From positions 224,001 through 288,000 of the IMG/VR virus record IMGVR_UViG_3300011559_000001: a stretch of 64,000 bases of DNA; one strand, given 5' to 3'. The stretch comes from a virus. Its lineage: Duplodnaviria > Caudoviricetes. Position 1 is the first letter of the stretch. Every line of letters begins with the position of its first letter. Of this stretch, positions 1 to 9,488 are shown one piece after another. The translations under genes and the position numbers were made by a program. The notes beneath the pieces were generated by a model. That model saw nothing but the letters and a program-made list of their open reading frames with translations, was not told where the DNA came from and searched no databases.

Positions 1-1119
1 TACGGTCGCATTGGTGCGGCTGCCAAGAGCGTGATCGACACCCTGGATTACTACCGTGATTTCATCCGGTGCTTCTGGGTCAGTGACAACCTGCCGGCAT
101 CGATCTTCCATGCCCCGGGTATCCTGCGTCGTTCGGCGGTGACCTCCGATACCGACTCGACCATCTTTACCGTTCAGCATTGGACGATCTGGTACCGCGG
201 TCAGTTGGACTTCACCAAGGAGTCTGAGGACATCGCATCGACCACGGTGTATCTGGCCGGTCAGCTGATTCGCCACATTCTGGCCACCACCTCCGGTGCC
301 ATGGGTGTTGCCACTCAGTACGTCAACAAGCTTTCGATGAAGAACGAATACTACTTCCCGGTATTCAGCCTGACCTCGCGAGCCAAGCACTACTATGCCT
401 ACCGCGCCGCGCAGGAAGGTAACGTGCTCAAAGAGCTGGAGACGGAGATCAAGGGCGTGGCCCTGCGTAACTCCAACGTCCCGCCTGCAATCACCAAGAA
501 AGCCCATGCGTTGATTCGCTATGTCATGGACAGCGTGATGGCCGGTCGCAAGCTCAACTCCAGTCAGGTGCTGCGTTATGTGGCCAAGGTGGAAGATGAC
601 ATCCATCAAGGCGTGCTCAATGGCGATTACTCGCTGCTGGGTAAGATGCAGATCAAGTCGCCCGATGCCTACAAGAACCCTGAGAGCTCCCCATACGTCC
701 ACTACGGGCTGTGGCAAGCGGTCTTTGCCGATACGTACGGTCCGGCGCCGAGCCCGCCCTACGTCGCTGTCAAGGTCCCTGTGGATCTGGAACGAAAGAC
801 CGACGTGGCGGATTGGTTGAAGAATATGCCCGACCAAGCGATCGCTGATCGTCTGCGTACGTGGATGGAAGCCAACGGTAAGACCACGATGGCTGTGATG
901 ATGCTCCCCGAGCAGGTGTTGGCATTGACGGGTATCCCCAAGGAAATCGTCTCTACCGTGAACATTCGACCGCTGGTGATCCAGACGGTGGAATCGTTCT
1001 ACCTGATCTTGGAATCGCTGGGCATCTTCATGAAGAACAAGGACCAGACCCGTCTGGTTTCTGATGAGAAGTGGTTGCTCGATCCTGAGTGGCCTTTGCC
1101 TGAACTTGAAATCGGCTAA
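1..1119 (+). CDS. Family B DNA polymerase, C-terminal/catalytic half (phiKZ gp50-like), 5' truncated by window
   Basis: Frame open from base 1; SDTDSTIF (PolB motif C), KHYYA and EIKGV motifs; located upstream of chimallin as in chimallivirus core block. Confidence 0.85.
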   Translation, partial: YGRIGAAAKSVIDTLDYYRDFIRCFWVSDNLPASIFHAPGILRRSAVTSDTDSTIFTVQHWTIWYRGQLDFTKESEDIASTTVYLAGQLIRHILATTSGAMGVATQYVNKLSMKNEYYFPVFSLTSRAKHYYAYRAAQEGNVLKELETEIKGVALRNSNVPPAITKKAHALIRYVMDSVMAGRKLNSSQVLRYVAKVEDDIHQGVLNGDYSLLGKMQIKSPDAYKNPESSPYVHYGLWQAVFADTYGPAPSPPYVAVKVPVDLERKTDVADWLKNMPDQAIADRLRTWMEANGKTTMAVMMLPEQVLALTGIPKEIVSTVNIRPLVIQTVESFYLILESLGIFMKNKDQTRLVSDEKWLLDPEWPLPELEIG

Positions 1120-1122
1120 GGG

Positions 1123-1168
1123 GCATAAGCCCCCACCCACGCTCCTTGACGGGGGCGTGGGTGGGGGC
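1123..1168. terminator. Hairpin between convergent genes with GCATAAG flank
   Basis: CCCCACCCACGCTCC-ttgacg-GGGGCGTGGGTGGGG inverted repeat (one T-G pair) between stops at 1119 and 1176. Confidence 0.75.
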
Positions 1169-1175
1169 GGCTGCT

Positions 1176-2261
1176 TCAAAGGTACGGCACGATGCCGTAG
1201 TCGATGAAAATGGAGACGTCCTCGTACAGGTCGGCGGGCATGGCCGAGCGCATCGTGGTGTTTCCATCCATGTACTGCAACCAGCGCTTGATGTAATTCA
1301 AGTACTTCTGGTTCAGGTGGTTGTTGGTGTTCCGGTTGAACTGCACCAGGAAAGTGATCAGCGCCAGACGGGCCATCATGACACCCCATTGCAGCTGGGT
1401 GTTGTAGGGCATCTCCGGCAGCTTAAGCACGTGGTGTAAATTCTCAGCGCAGACCGTAGGTATGTGAGACACCAACGTGTCAAAGTCCCAGCGCTTGGGG
1501 CCGGCTTGTTCGAGGAACTTGTCCAACACCTTATCCATCTCCGTCGACCAGTCGGTGAGGTGATAGGGATGGCGGAAGGACTCGGCAACCGGCTGTGTAC
1601 CGAAGAACCGGTTCATCAAGCGATTCAGGACGGCGATGTCGATTTGGCTGTCAAGCATGTTGGGCAGCGGGTAGGCCTGCAGGAACTGAGCAACGCCCCG
1701 CTCGGATTCATCCTGCTGGTTGTACGCCAGGCGCCACGCCCGGTACTGACTGGCCAACATGGGAACGTTGATCGTGATCACTGCCACACCCGGCTCAGAC
1801 GACGCGAACTGAGCATCGGCCACCGGCAGTCGCAAGGTACTCATCGGATGCCACAGATAGCGGATGGGCGCAAGCTCCTCCCAATTCGCTAGACCGGCTT
1901 CGACGTCCCACGTATCAGCCGTGGCAATGATGATTTCCGTGGACCCTTTACCCAGAAAGGGCCCCGGACGCCAGACTTGCCCCTTGGACAGGGCTGAGGT
2001 CAGACGTAGGCTCTGCGTAAACAACAGAGCAATGTCGGCCACCTTGTCATTGTAGATGATGGGATCCATCTTCTGCGACACAGGCACGCTGTAGAGCAAG
2101 CGCGTCAGCAAGTGACCGCCCGGAAGGTAGCGGGGGTTCATCCTCCGGTACCGCTTGATCTTTTCAATGGACAACTGCAGCCCATCACGGATCCTGCGGA
2201 AGTCGGGGAAGATCAGTCCCCCGCCGAAATGGTTGGGAGACTCGTTCAACAACTGATACAT
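1176..2261 (-). CDS. Conserved chimallivirus core protein (phiKZ gp52-like)
   Basis: 361-aa ORF with GGAGGAG RBS; lies between polB and chmA, divergent from chmA. Confidence 0.65.
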   Translation of the reverse strand: MYQLLNESPNHFGGGLIFPDFRRIRDGLQLSIEKIKRYRRMNPRYLPGGHLLTRLLYSVPVSQKMDPIIYNDKVADIALLFTQSLRLTSALSKGQVWRPGPFLGKGSTEIIIATADTWDVEAGLANWEELAPIRYLWHPMSTLRLPVADAQFASSEPGVAVITINVPMLASQYRAWRLAYNQQDESERGVAQFLQAYPLPNMLDSQIDIAVLNRLMNRFFGTQPVAESFRHPYHLTDWSTEMDKVLDKFLEQAGPKRWDFDTLVSHIPTVCAENLHHVLKLPEMPYNTQLQWGVMMARLALITFLVQFNRNTNNHLNQKYLNYIKRWLQYMDGNTTMRSAMPADLYEDVSIFIDYGIVPYL

Positions 2262-2445
2262 GTCTCCTCCAACGGGGACGGTAAAGGGAGTTGGGAAAAG
2301 GCTATATAATTCCGGTCCGGAACCTGCTTACGTAATTTGTTACTCCAGAAGCCCTATGTTGTAGGGAATACGCTCCCTAGACATCCAACCGCAACTGGGT
2401 GTCGAGAAAGCCGAGGTATATTGTCTCCTACCTCTAGTTTGGTGT

Positions 2446-2483
2446 GGATTCGAAAGTTTTTCACAACTAGACTATACCCTTGA
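2446..2483 (+). promoter_or_regulatory. Phage early-type promoter motif upstream of chmA
   Basis: GGATTCGAAAGTTTTTCACAACTAGACTATACCCTTGA matches the repeated TTTCA-N3-NYATAC-YAY-N4-KYGA motif with one core mismatch. Confidence 0.6.
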
Positions 2484-2578
2484 CAACAGTAACGAGCAAT
2501 CGGAACTGGTGTTCGCGCGAACTACCCATACCGCAACAATCCGCTAGCAATCGAAGATCCATAGAAGAGGAATACACC

Positions 2579-4525
2579 ATGTCCGTTACCCGCGGCAGCG
2601 ACAACAACAGCAACAACAAGAACACCTCGCAGAACGAAGGCGGCAGCCACACCTTCGGCACCTCGTTCAACCAGACCGGTGGTGCGCAGACCGCCGGCAA
2701 CGCGCAGGCCTCCGGCGCCAACGGTCGCGTGACCTCCAGCCGTGGTGGCCTGGGCAAGCTGCTGGGCATGCGTTCGGGCGTGGGCCGTCGTCGTCCGGCG
2801 GCTGAACTGCAGAAGATGCAGGAAGCCTTCGTCGAAGAGTTCAAGGCCTACGAAGGCAGCCCGGTCCTGCCGGAAGCGCAGCCGCACCGCCTGATCATGG
2901 CCGACCGCGGCCGTCTGAACAAGAAGGTCGACGCCCTGATCGTCGCCCTGCCGGTCCAGCACGAAGGCGGCATCCACATGGTCATCCACACCCTGCTGGT
3001 CGAAGACGCCAACGACGTCTACGAAGCCAACCAGTGGCAGGTGGGCGGCAAGCAGTACCGCATCAGCACCGTGGTCGGTGACGTCTACGACGCCGCCTTC
3101 GCTTCGACCATCGTCGAAGTGGTGCGCGAGCAGACCGGCGTGAACTTCACCTCGTACGACGCCGGTCACCAGACCCTGCCGGCCGAGATGAACATCCTGG
3201 ACAAGGAAGCCATCCACAAGATCGCCTTCTTCGTCGCCGAAGCCCTGCTGCGTACGGCGCTGTCGCAGGTCATCAAGACCACCGCCGACGTCATCTCCCT
3301 GTCCGACCTGGGCGAGAACATCCAGACCACCGCGGCCATCGACTTCCGCAACGTCCAGAGCCAGACCGCCGCCGGCCTGCCCCTGCTGGGCGAGTTCGAC
3401 GTCAAGCTGCGCTACAGCGAAGGCACCACCTCCGGCAACACCGGCGGCGCCAAGGCCTTCGACCTGGGCAACCAGATCCCGCTGGGCGGCGCTGAAGGCT
3501 TCATCGACCTGTCGTACTCCGAGCCGCCGGCAGCTGGTTTCGGCCAGCAGCCGATCACCCAGCAGTACTACGCCAAGGCCGTGCTGACCCGCCTGGACAC
3601 CGACCAGGACGTCATCACCCCGGAACTGCAGATGCTGGCGCTGCTCGGCGCGACCCTGGTCGGCCGCAACATGAACTGGGCCCGCACCTGGTCGCCGTCC
3701 TTCCGTGGCCTGAACGCCGACCTGAACGACATCGGCGCGATCGGCTACGAGATCCCGGCTCCGGACGGCAACCCGATGGGCCGCATCGACACCACCTCGG
3801 CGCAGTTCGACGACGCCGCGCTGGCACGCCTGGTGATGACCTTCGTCCACGCACAGCCGCTGGTGGCCATCGACGTGGAAGAAGCTGGTGAGCTGTCCTG
3901 GCTGAACCGTACGCTGCTGGACGCAGCGGCCGGCAACGCCGATGCCGAGCAGGCCATCGTGACCGCGATGAACAACCTGACCGCGGGCAACTTCAGCCAG
4001 ATCTGGAACGGTGGCGAGATCGTCATCGACGACCAGAACCGCATCCACCTGGGCTACTACCAGGCCGATGACGGCGTCAACAGCCGCGTGGACCTGCGCG
4101 ACCTGCGTTACCTGTCGGTGCTGAACCGCTACGCGGACGTCGACCCGTCGATGATCGTGAAGTGGCAGGCCACCTTCGACGACGTCGGCGTGGATGCTGA
4201 CGTGCGCCTGGCCGAACGTGAAGACCTGATCCGCAAGATCCTGGGCCCGACCGTTCGCATCACCGGCTACGCTCGCCGCCTGACCTTCACCCCGGACTTC
4301 CTGGACAAGGCGCTGGAAGCTGCCGGCCAGGCCGGTCTGCGCATCCGTCCGGAGAACACCCTGATCGGCTTCGGCCACACCGCGGTTCGCGGTCGCGCCA
4401 ACATGGCCGACCTGACCTTCGGTGGTGGCGGCGGTCGCGCCGTGTTCAACTCGGGCGCCGGCGCTGCCGGTGGTCGTAACCTGAACCGTCCGTTCACCGG
4501 TCGCGGCAACACCTGGGGCCGCTAA
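2579..4525 (+). CDS. chmA: Chimallin, major phage nuclear shell protein (phiKZ gp54-like)
   Basis: 648 aa from ATG 2579 (GAGG RBS); strong codon bias; disordered N- and C-termini; LLGATLVGRNMNW..DIGAIGYE segment; immediately upstream of the nvRNAP NADFDGD subunit. Confidence 0.85.
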   Translation: MSVTRGSDNNSNNKNTSQNEGGSHTFGTSFNQTGGAQTAGNAQASGANGRVTSSRGGLGKLLGMRSGVGRRRPAAELQKMQEAFVEEFKAYEGSPVLPEAQPHRLIMADRGRLNKKVDALIVALPVQHEGGIHMVIHTLLVEDANDVYEANQWQVGGKQYRISTVVGDVYDAAFASTIVEVVREQTGVNFTSYDAGHQTLPAEMNILDKEAIHKIAFFVAEALLRTALSQVIKTTADVISLSDLGENIQTTAAIDFRNVQSQTAAGLPLLGEFDVKLRYSEGTTSGNTGGAKAFDLGNQIPLGGAEGFIDLSYSEPPAAGFGQQPITQQYYAKAVLTRLDTDQDVITPELQMLALLGATLVGRNMNWARTWSPSFRGLNADLNDIGAIGYEIPAPDGNPMGRIDTTSAQFDDAALARLVMTFVHAQPLVAIDVEEAGELSWLNRTLLDAAAGNADAEQAIVTAMNNLTAGNFSQIWNGGEIVIDDQNRIHLGYYQADDGVNSRVDLRDLRYLSVLNRYADVDPSMIVKWQATFDDVGVDADVRLAEREDLIRKILGPTVRITGYARRLTFTPDFLDKALEAAGQAGLRIRPENTLIGFGHTAVRGRANMADLTFGGGGGRAVFNSGAGAAGGRNLNRPFTGRGNTWGR

Positions 4526-4570
4526 GTCTACGACGTGAGTCGTTGACGAAGGTCAAATAGCAGTACGTGA

Positions 4571-4604
4571 GAAAGGCCGCCCTCCGGGGCGGCCTTTCTT
4601 TTTT
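4571..4604 (+). terminator. Intrinsic terminator after chmA
   Basis: GAAAGGCCGCCC-tccg-GGGCGGCCTTTC followed by T run. Confidence 0.85.
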
Positions 4605-4717
4605 GCCGTCCACGTGTAAAAAGCAACTCAACGCATTAATAGAATGATCCGGTGTTTTGCTGGGCTAGCCCCGGAATTAGAATAATCGAAGAGCCCAGTG
4701 CAACAAGGGGAAGTATC

Positions 4718-6247
4718 ATTGACGCACTAATCGAATTCGACCCCGAGTCGATCGATCCACCCCTGCGCGCCCGCCGACGCGCAGGCATTGACAAGTGTCG
4801 GAAGTTCGACGGCATTACCACGCGTCTGGTGGACCTCGATCGCGACTTTGAGACGGCGGCTAACCCGCCGGTGATTGTCAACACCTTCAACGTCAACACT
4901 GCTGAAGACAAGCAGTTGCTGGACAACCTGATCTACACCTACTACGAAGGCGATAGCCTGAATGTGATTCCGACCTGTGACTGCGGTCGGACCAAGGGTG
5001 CATCCAAGATCGGCAGTCGCTGCCCCAAGTGCAATGGTGAGATCCGTCCGGTCAGTGAACGACCGCTGGAATCGCTGTTGTGGCTGGCTCCGCCTGACGG
5101 CGTGAGTACGTTCATCAATCCGCAGGTCTGGACCATGTTGTCCAAGGCCCTGACCCACGGTGGTGTGAACGGACTGGCATGGCTGTGCGATCCGACGATG
5201 TCGGTGGGCAACGAGCCCCATCGCGAGATCCGCAAGATGATGGATCTGGGCATCGAACGTGGTATCAACAACTTCCACGAGAACTTCGATGAGATCATCG
5301 AGCGTCTGTTCGGGGCCGGGGTGATCTCCGGTACCAGCCGCCGTCAGAAAGATGACCTGCACCTGTTCATCAAGCTCAACCGTGACAAGATCTTCTGCCG
5401 CCACCTGCCGATCCCCTCGCGCTTGGGTTTTGTGGCTGAACGATCCACCACCGGCTCCTTCGCCGATACCACGATGAAGACGGCCATCGAAGCGATCCGC
5501 ACGATCTCGGCAACCGTGCACTCGCTGATCCCGTTGGACATCCGTCGCCTGCAAGCGCGTACGGTCAAGGCCAACGAGTACCTGGCAGAGTATCACCAGG
5601 AGTACATGTCTGCTACGCTGACGTCCAAGCGTGGCTGGCTGCGTAAGAACGTGTTCGGCTCCCCGCTGTACTTCACGTTCCGCGCGGTGATCTCCTCGCT
5701 GTCTGAGCGTCACGAGTACGACGAACTGCATCTTCCGTGGGGTGTGGCAGTTTCCACCTATGCCATCCACCTGACGTCCAAGATGTATCGGATGATCAAC
5801 CCGGACACCAACCGTCCGTTCACTCCCAACGAAGTGCTCAAGCATCTTCGTGAGCACACGCTGCGTTACAGTCCGCTGCTGGACCAGCTGTTCAAGGAGT
5901 TGATCGCCGAATCGCCGTACAAGGGCCTGCCAGTCCTGTTCAACCGCAATCCGTCGCTGGACCGCGGTTCGATCCAGGAGTTCTTCGTCACCAAGATCAA
6001 CCCCGATCCGAAGATCAACGCCGTGGCCATGTCGGTCCTGACGCTGAAGGCGCCCAACGCCGACTTCGACGGTGACGCATTGAACGGCACACCGCTGTTG
6101 TCCAACCGCCTGGAGCGTGCGTTTAGCGTACTGGCTCCGCACCAAGGTGTTCTGGACTTGGACCGTCCACGCCAGATGTCCAAGAACCAGGCCATGCCGC
6201 CGCCGGTCGCAAGTACCATCGCGAACTGGTTGCACCGCGGCAAGTAA
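4718..6247 (+). CDS. Non-virion RNA polymerase beta' N-terminal/catalytic subunit (phiKZ gp55-like); start uncertain
   Basis: Zn finger CDC..CPKC, RNPSL, and catalytic APNADFDGD; no ATG near the N-terminus. Confidence 0.92.
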   Translation: MDALIEFDPESIDPPLRARRRAGIDKCRKFDGITTRLVDLDRDFETAANPPVIVNTFNVNTAEDKQLLDNLIYTYYEGDSLNVIPTCDCGRTKGASKIGSRCPKCNGEIRPVSERPLESLLWLAPPDGVSTFINPQVWTMLSKALTHGGVNGLAWLCDPTMSVGNEPHREIRKMMDLGIERGINNFHENFDEIIERLFGAGVISGTSRRQKDDLHLFIKLNRDKIFCRHLPIPSRLGFVAERSTTGSFADTTMKTAIEAIRTISATVHSLIPLDIRRLQARTVKANEYLAEYHQEYMSATLTSKRGWLRKNVFGSPLYFTFRAVISSLSERHEYDELHLPWGVAVSTYAIHLTSKMYRMINPDTNRPFTPNEVLKHLREHTLRYSPLLDQLFKELIAESPYKGLPVLFNRNPSLDRGSIQEFFVTKINPDPKINAVAMSVLTLKAPNADFDGDALNGTPLLSNRLERAFSVLAPHQGVLDLDRPRQMSKNQAMPPPVASTIANWLHRGK

Positions 6248-6297
6248 GAGTGAGGCCCTTCGGGGCCTCTGTTTTCCTACCCAATCGAGAACGAGCA

Positions 6298-6633
6298 ATG
6301 ACCCAGAAGACCGATACCGATTTCGCCCGCGCACTGGCCCTGTCGCTGAACCAGGTTCTGCCGATCGCCAAGCGTGCCGCCCAGGCCGACGGCGTGGCCA
6401 ACGCCAATGCCAACCTGCGTCACCTCAATGACGTCAATGCCAACGGCGAAACGGACGCGTCCAACTTCAACAAGGCTCAGCTGGAGAAGGACGTGGCCGC
6501 CCACCGCGCCGACAACCAGCGCCTGCAGCGTGCCTCGCACCTGCTGCAGCAGTTCGACCAGACCGAGCAGCACGTGCGCGATCTGCCGGAGGACCATTTC
6601 GATGGCTCCTTCGAAGTGAAGTTCGAAGACTAA
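6298..6633 (+). CDS. Accessory paralog 1 of C-terminal F-x-(I/V)-x-F-E-(D/E) family
   Basis: Good codon usage; ends EDHFDGSFEVKFED. Confidence 0.75.
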   Translation: MTQKTDTDFARALALSLNQVLPIAKRAAQADGVANANANLRHLNDVNANGETDASNFNKAQLEKDVAAHRADNQRLQRASHLLQQFDQTEQHVRDLPEDHFDGSFEVKFED

Positions 6634-6698
6634 GCGCCGGCATACAGCGGAGGGCCCAAGTGGCCCTCCGTCCTGTGCCCTCAATTGGATTTTTCTTT

Positions 6699-7175
6699 AT
6701 GTCTGACGTCAAGCCGACTTCGCTCTACCCCAAGCTGCCGGTCCTCAACCTCAGCTATGACAACACCCGTTACAGCTGCACCCCGATGTTGTCCTGTAGC
6801 GATACGGCCGAGATCCGCATCACAACGCGCGTCGGCCTGTTTGGTGATGAGGTGGTCCACCGCTATTCGATGGACCTGATGCGGCAGCTGCGCAATGACA
6901 AGCGCCAGTTGCCGGTCAAAGCCGTGCACGAGGCTAACCTGCGCTACCTCAACCGCATCGCAGGGCGCATGTTGCACGATGCAGGTGCCGGCCACAGTGA
7001 GCTGTGGCCTGTGGCAATCGTTGTCCAGTTGTCGCCAGATCTGGAAGCCTACCGGCGCTCTTTCGATGTCGAGGAATGGCAGCTGATCTTGACCGGTCTG
7101 GTATCGGGGGACGTGTTGGCCATGGATGTTGAGGCAGACGGGACCGTTCGCGGGAAGTCCTCCATTCGTAACTAG
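6699..7175 (+). CDS. Hypothetical protein
   Basis: 158-aa ORF co-oriented within the accessory run. Confidence 0.6.
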   Translation: MSDVKPTSLYPKLPVLNLSYDNTRYSCTPMLSCSDTAEIRITTRVGLFGDEVVHRYSMDLMRQLRNDKRQLPVKAVHEANLRYLNRIAGRMLHDAGAGHSELWPVAIVVQLSPDLEAYRRSFDVEEWQLILTGLVSGDVLAMDVEADGTVRGKSSIRN

Positions 7176-7184
7176 GAGCCCACC

Positions 7185-7721
7185 ATGTACTTTGTCAATG
7201 GCGTCAACAGCCTCGGTGATCCGTACACCATTCATTTCTACCAGCACAACGGTGGCCTGATGGGCGAGGTCACTCCAGCCCACTCGTTGCCGAGGGGTGA
7301 GTTGGAGAAGGTGATGGCCGATTGGGGTAACGCCCATCTCCATGTGTTTGATCAACTGCCTGACTTCAATACCTCCCGCATCCAGAACATCATTGAAAAG
7401 TCCATGGCTGAGTTCCGTAAGGACCTCAGCACCATCACCCATGGTCTGCGGGAACGTCAGCAAGCATCCGACAACCTGACCCAGTTCTTGGGCGTCAGCC
7501 TGCGCGGTGTGTTACCCTACGCCATCGAGAGCGTGGCACAGCGCCGCTACCAGGCACAGCTCAACGAAGACCCCGAGGCCGCCGCCTCGGTAGCGCTGGC
7601 TCATCGTCAGATCGACCGCGCCGAAGCTGCACTGACAGCCTTGCGCGAATCGGACCTCAACATCGAAGCATTGAATGACGACGAACTTGATGGTGAGTTC
7701 ACGATCGTCTTCGAGGAGTGA
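7185..7721 (+). CDS. Accessory paralog 2 of C-terminal FE(D/E) family
   Basis: AGGAG RBS; ends DDELDGEFTIVFEE. Confidence 0.75.
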   Translation: MYFVNGVNSLGDPYTIHFYQHNGGLMGEVTPAHSLPRGELEKVMADWGNAHLHVFDQLPDFNTSRIQNIIEKSMAEFRKDLSTITHGLRERQQASDNLTQFLGVSLRGVLPYAIESVAQRRYQAQLNEDPEAAASVALAHRQIDRAEAALTALRESDLNIEALNDDELDGEFTIVFEE

Positions 7722-7723
7722 TT

Positions 7724-8263
7724 ATGGACATCAACAAACAGACGGCCGCCCGTGTCTGCAATCTGGTGGTCGAAGGCGTCAGTCCGCAGGTGGCTGCCCT
7801 CCAGGTGCTGGGGAGTGTCAATCATCCGGCTGTCGATGTGATCGAACAGTTGCAGCGTGCGGAAGGTGAGGACTATTCCCGTGCCATCCTGAAAGTGGCG
7901 GCCAAGGGGCTGGAGGAAATCGCCCCCGACCCCCGAGCTGACAACCTCGGCCGTGCTTTTGAGGTGATGGAGAATAAGCTGTATCAGGTTGGAGAGGAAA
8001 TAAACAAGGAACGTAGGTTGACCTGCGCCTTGGGCGTCGCCCTCCGTCAGGTATTGCCGTTTGCCGAAAACGAAGTGGCCAGTCTGCACGACGATGCACA
8101 ACGAGATGGTGATGAGGGGTTTGCCGAACAGGCCGAAGAGGGCAGTCGCTCCCTCCACCGTGCTCGAGTGCTGTTGGACAAGCTTGATAAGGGTCCCCTC
8201 TCGATTCGTCACACGAAGGACGACGCCTTCGATGAAGAGTTCCAGATCAAGTTCGAGGACTAA
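7724..8263 (+). CDS. Accessory paralog 3 of C-terminal FE(D/E) family
   Basis: GAGGAG RBS; ends DDAFDEEFQIKFED. Confidence 0.75.
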   Translation: MDINKQTAARVCNLVVEGVSPQVAALQVLGSVNHPAVDVIEQLQRAEGEDYSRAILKVAAKGLEEIAPDPRADNLGRAFEVMENKLYQVGEEINKERRLTCALGVALRQVLPFAENEVASLHDDAQRDGDEGFAEQAEEGSRSLHRARVLLDKLDKGPLSIRHTKDDAFDEEFQIKFED

Positions 8264-8268
8264 CCGGA

Positions 8269-8293
8269 TCTGAAAACTATACCATCTCTTTGT
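8269..8293 (+). promoter_or_regulatory. Phage early-type promoter motif
   Basis: TCTGAAAACTATACCATCTCTTTGT; hairpin TCTCTT..AAGAGA overlaps its 3' end. Confidence 0.55.
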
Positions 8294-8380
8294 AACAACA
8301 AGAGAAGGTTTAGGATGCAGTTCAGGTGAAGTGGATTTTTACAGGCCTTTCTAACACTATAGACTTCCAAGGGAAACGAA

Positions 8381-9001
8381 ATGGCAGTTTTGATTGATGG
8401 CGATGCCACGTCGTTTAGCGCGGCGCTCTATGGACGGCCACGCCAAGAGACCGTGCAGTTTCTGCAGCAACAGTTCGATGACCCTACCCGGGCCATGAAC
8501 TTCGCCAACAGTTCGTTCTACGAACGTTCGCGGCAGGTCTTTGAGGTGAAGTTCAGTGACGAAGCAATGGCCAAGTACGATGCCGTTGCCCGTAGCCTGA
8601 ACCGTATGTGGGACACGGACAACATCCGTGAGCTGCACACGCTGGAGGAGTTCAGGAACGCCAAACCGCGCATGCAGCGCTGGGTCATGGCCAACCCGTT
8701 CATCCGTACCCAGTTCAAGCAAGGACGTGTCGCCGGCTACGGCGAATCGTATATCGACCACAAGCAGCAGGGCATCGGCGAAGACCACTACGACTACCAG
8801 CTGGCGCGTAGCGGCTTTGCCACGTTCGACGATGAGAATGGGTGGACAGCGACCACCTACGCCGTCGAGCTGCTGGATGGCGATGAAGCACCGACGTTCT
8901 CCGAGCAGGTGGACATCGACCGGACCTGGGCACGCGCTGAAGCGCTGCTGATGTTTGGTAGTGATGACCCGACCTCGCCCGAAGGCGGCAAGTGGGGCTA
9001 A
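8381..9001 (+). CDS. Core protein, phiKZ gp59-like (Imp3, nuclear-import associated)
   Basis: MQRWVMANP, GYGESY and C-terminal DDPTS motifs as recalled for gp59 homologs; synteny. Confidence 0.6.
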   Translation: MAVLIDGDATSFSAALYGRPRQETVQFLQQQFDDPTRAMNFANSSFYERSRQVFEVKFSDEAMAKYDAVARSLNRMWDTDNIRELHTLEEFRNAKPRMQRWVMANPFIRTQFKQGRVAGYGESYIDHKQQGIGEDHYDYQLARSGFATFDDENGWTATTYAVELLDGDEAPTFSEQVDIDRTWARAEALLMFGSDDPTSPEGGKWG

Positions 9002-9004
9002 TTG

Positions 9005-9034
9005 AAAAAACCGGGACCCTTCGGGGTCCCGGTC
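9005..9034. terminator. Hairpin terminator
   Basis: ACCGGGACCC-ttcg-GGGTCCCGGT. Confidence 0.7.
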
Positions 9035-9068
9035 TCTGGAGAGAGATTTTCTTTTTCAAGGCTTAGCC

Positions 9069-9488
9069 ATGGTTACCCAAGTAATCCCCACGCTCAGCTT
9101 GGCCGGTTTTGTCCAGGACATGCCGACCAAGATTGACCGTATGCTGGCGTACTACCTGACCAGCGACTACTCCCAGTCCAACGTGTTCAAGGGCAGGATC
9201 CTGTCCCTGCAAAAGCACGTGCAGGCTTATCAGCATGACCTGCGCACGTTGACCACCAAGGTACGTGAAGATCTGGAAGGTTATTTCGGCGCGGTGTGTG
9301 ATGCACAAACCATCTCCGTGTCCGCAGAGACCCCCAACCCTGACGACCCCAACCGTATCAACCTGTCGATCTCGGCCATGCTGTACAAGGACGGCAAGGG
9401 CTACAGTCTGGGCAAACTGATTGAGACTCAAAACTCGATCACCCTGAGCATCATCAACCTGAACAACGAAGGCGTCGTTTCGTCATGA
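9069..9488 (+). CDS. Conserved core protein (phiKZ gp61-like)
   Basis: IPTLS..GFV..DYSQS motif recalled from chimallivirus homologs; synteny. Confidence 0.6.
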   Translation: MVTQVIPTLSLAGFVQDMPTKIDRMLAYYLTSDYSQSNVFKGRILSLQKHVQAYQHDLRTLTTKVREDLEGYFGAVCDAQTISVSAETPNPDDPNRINLSISAMLYKDGKGYSLGKLIETQNSITLSIINLNNEGVVSS

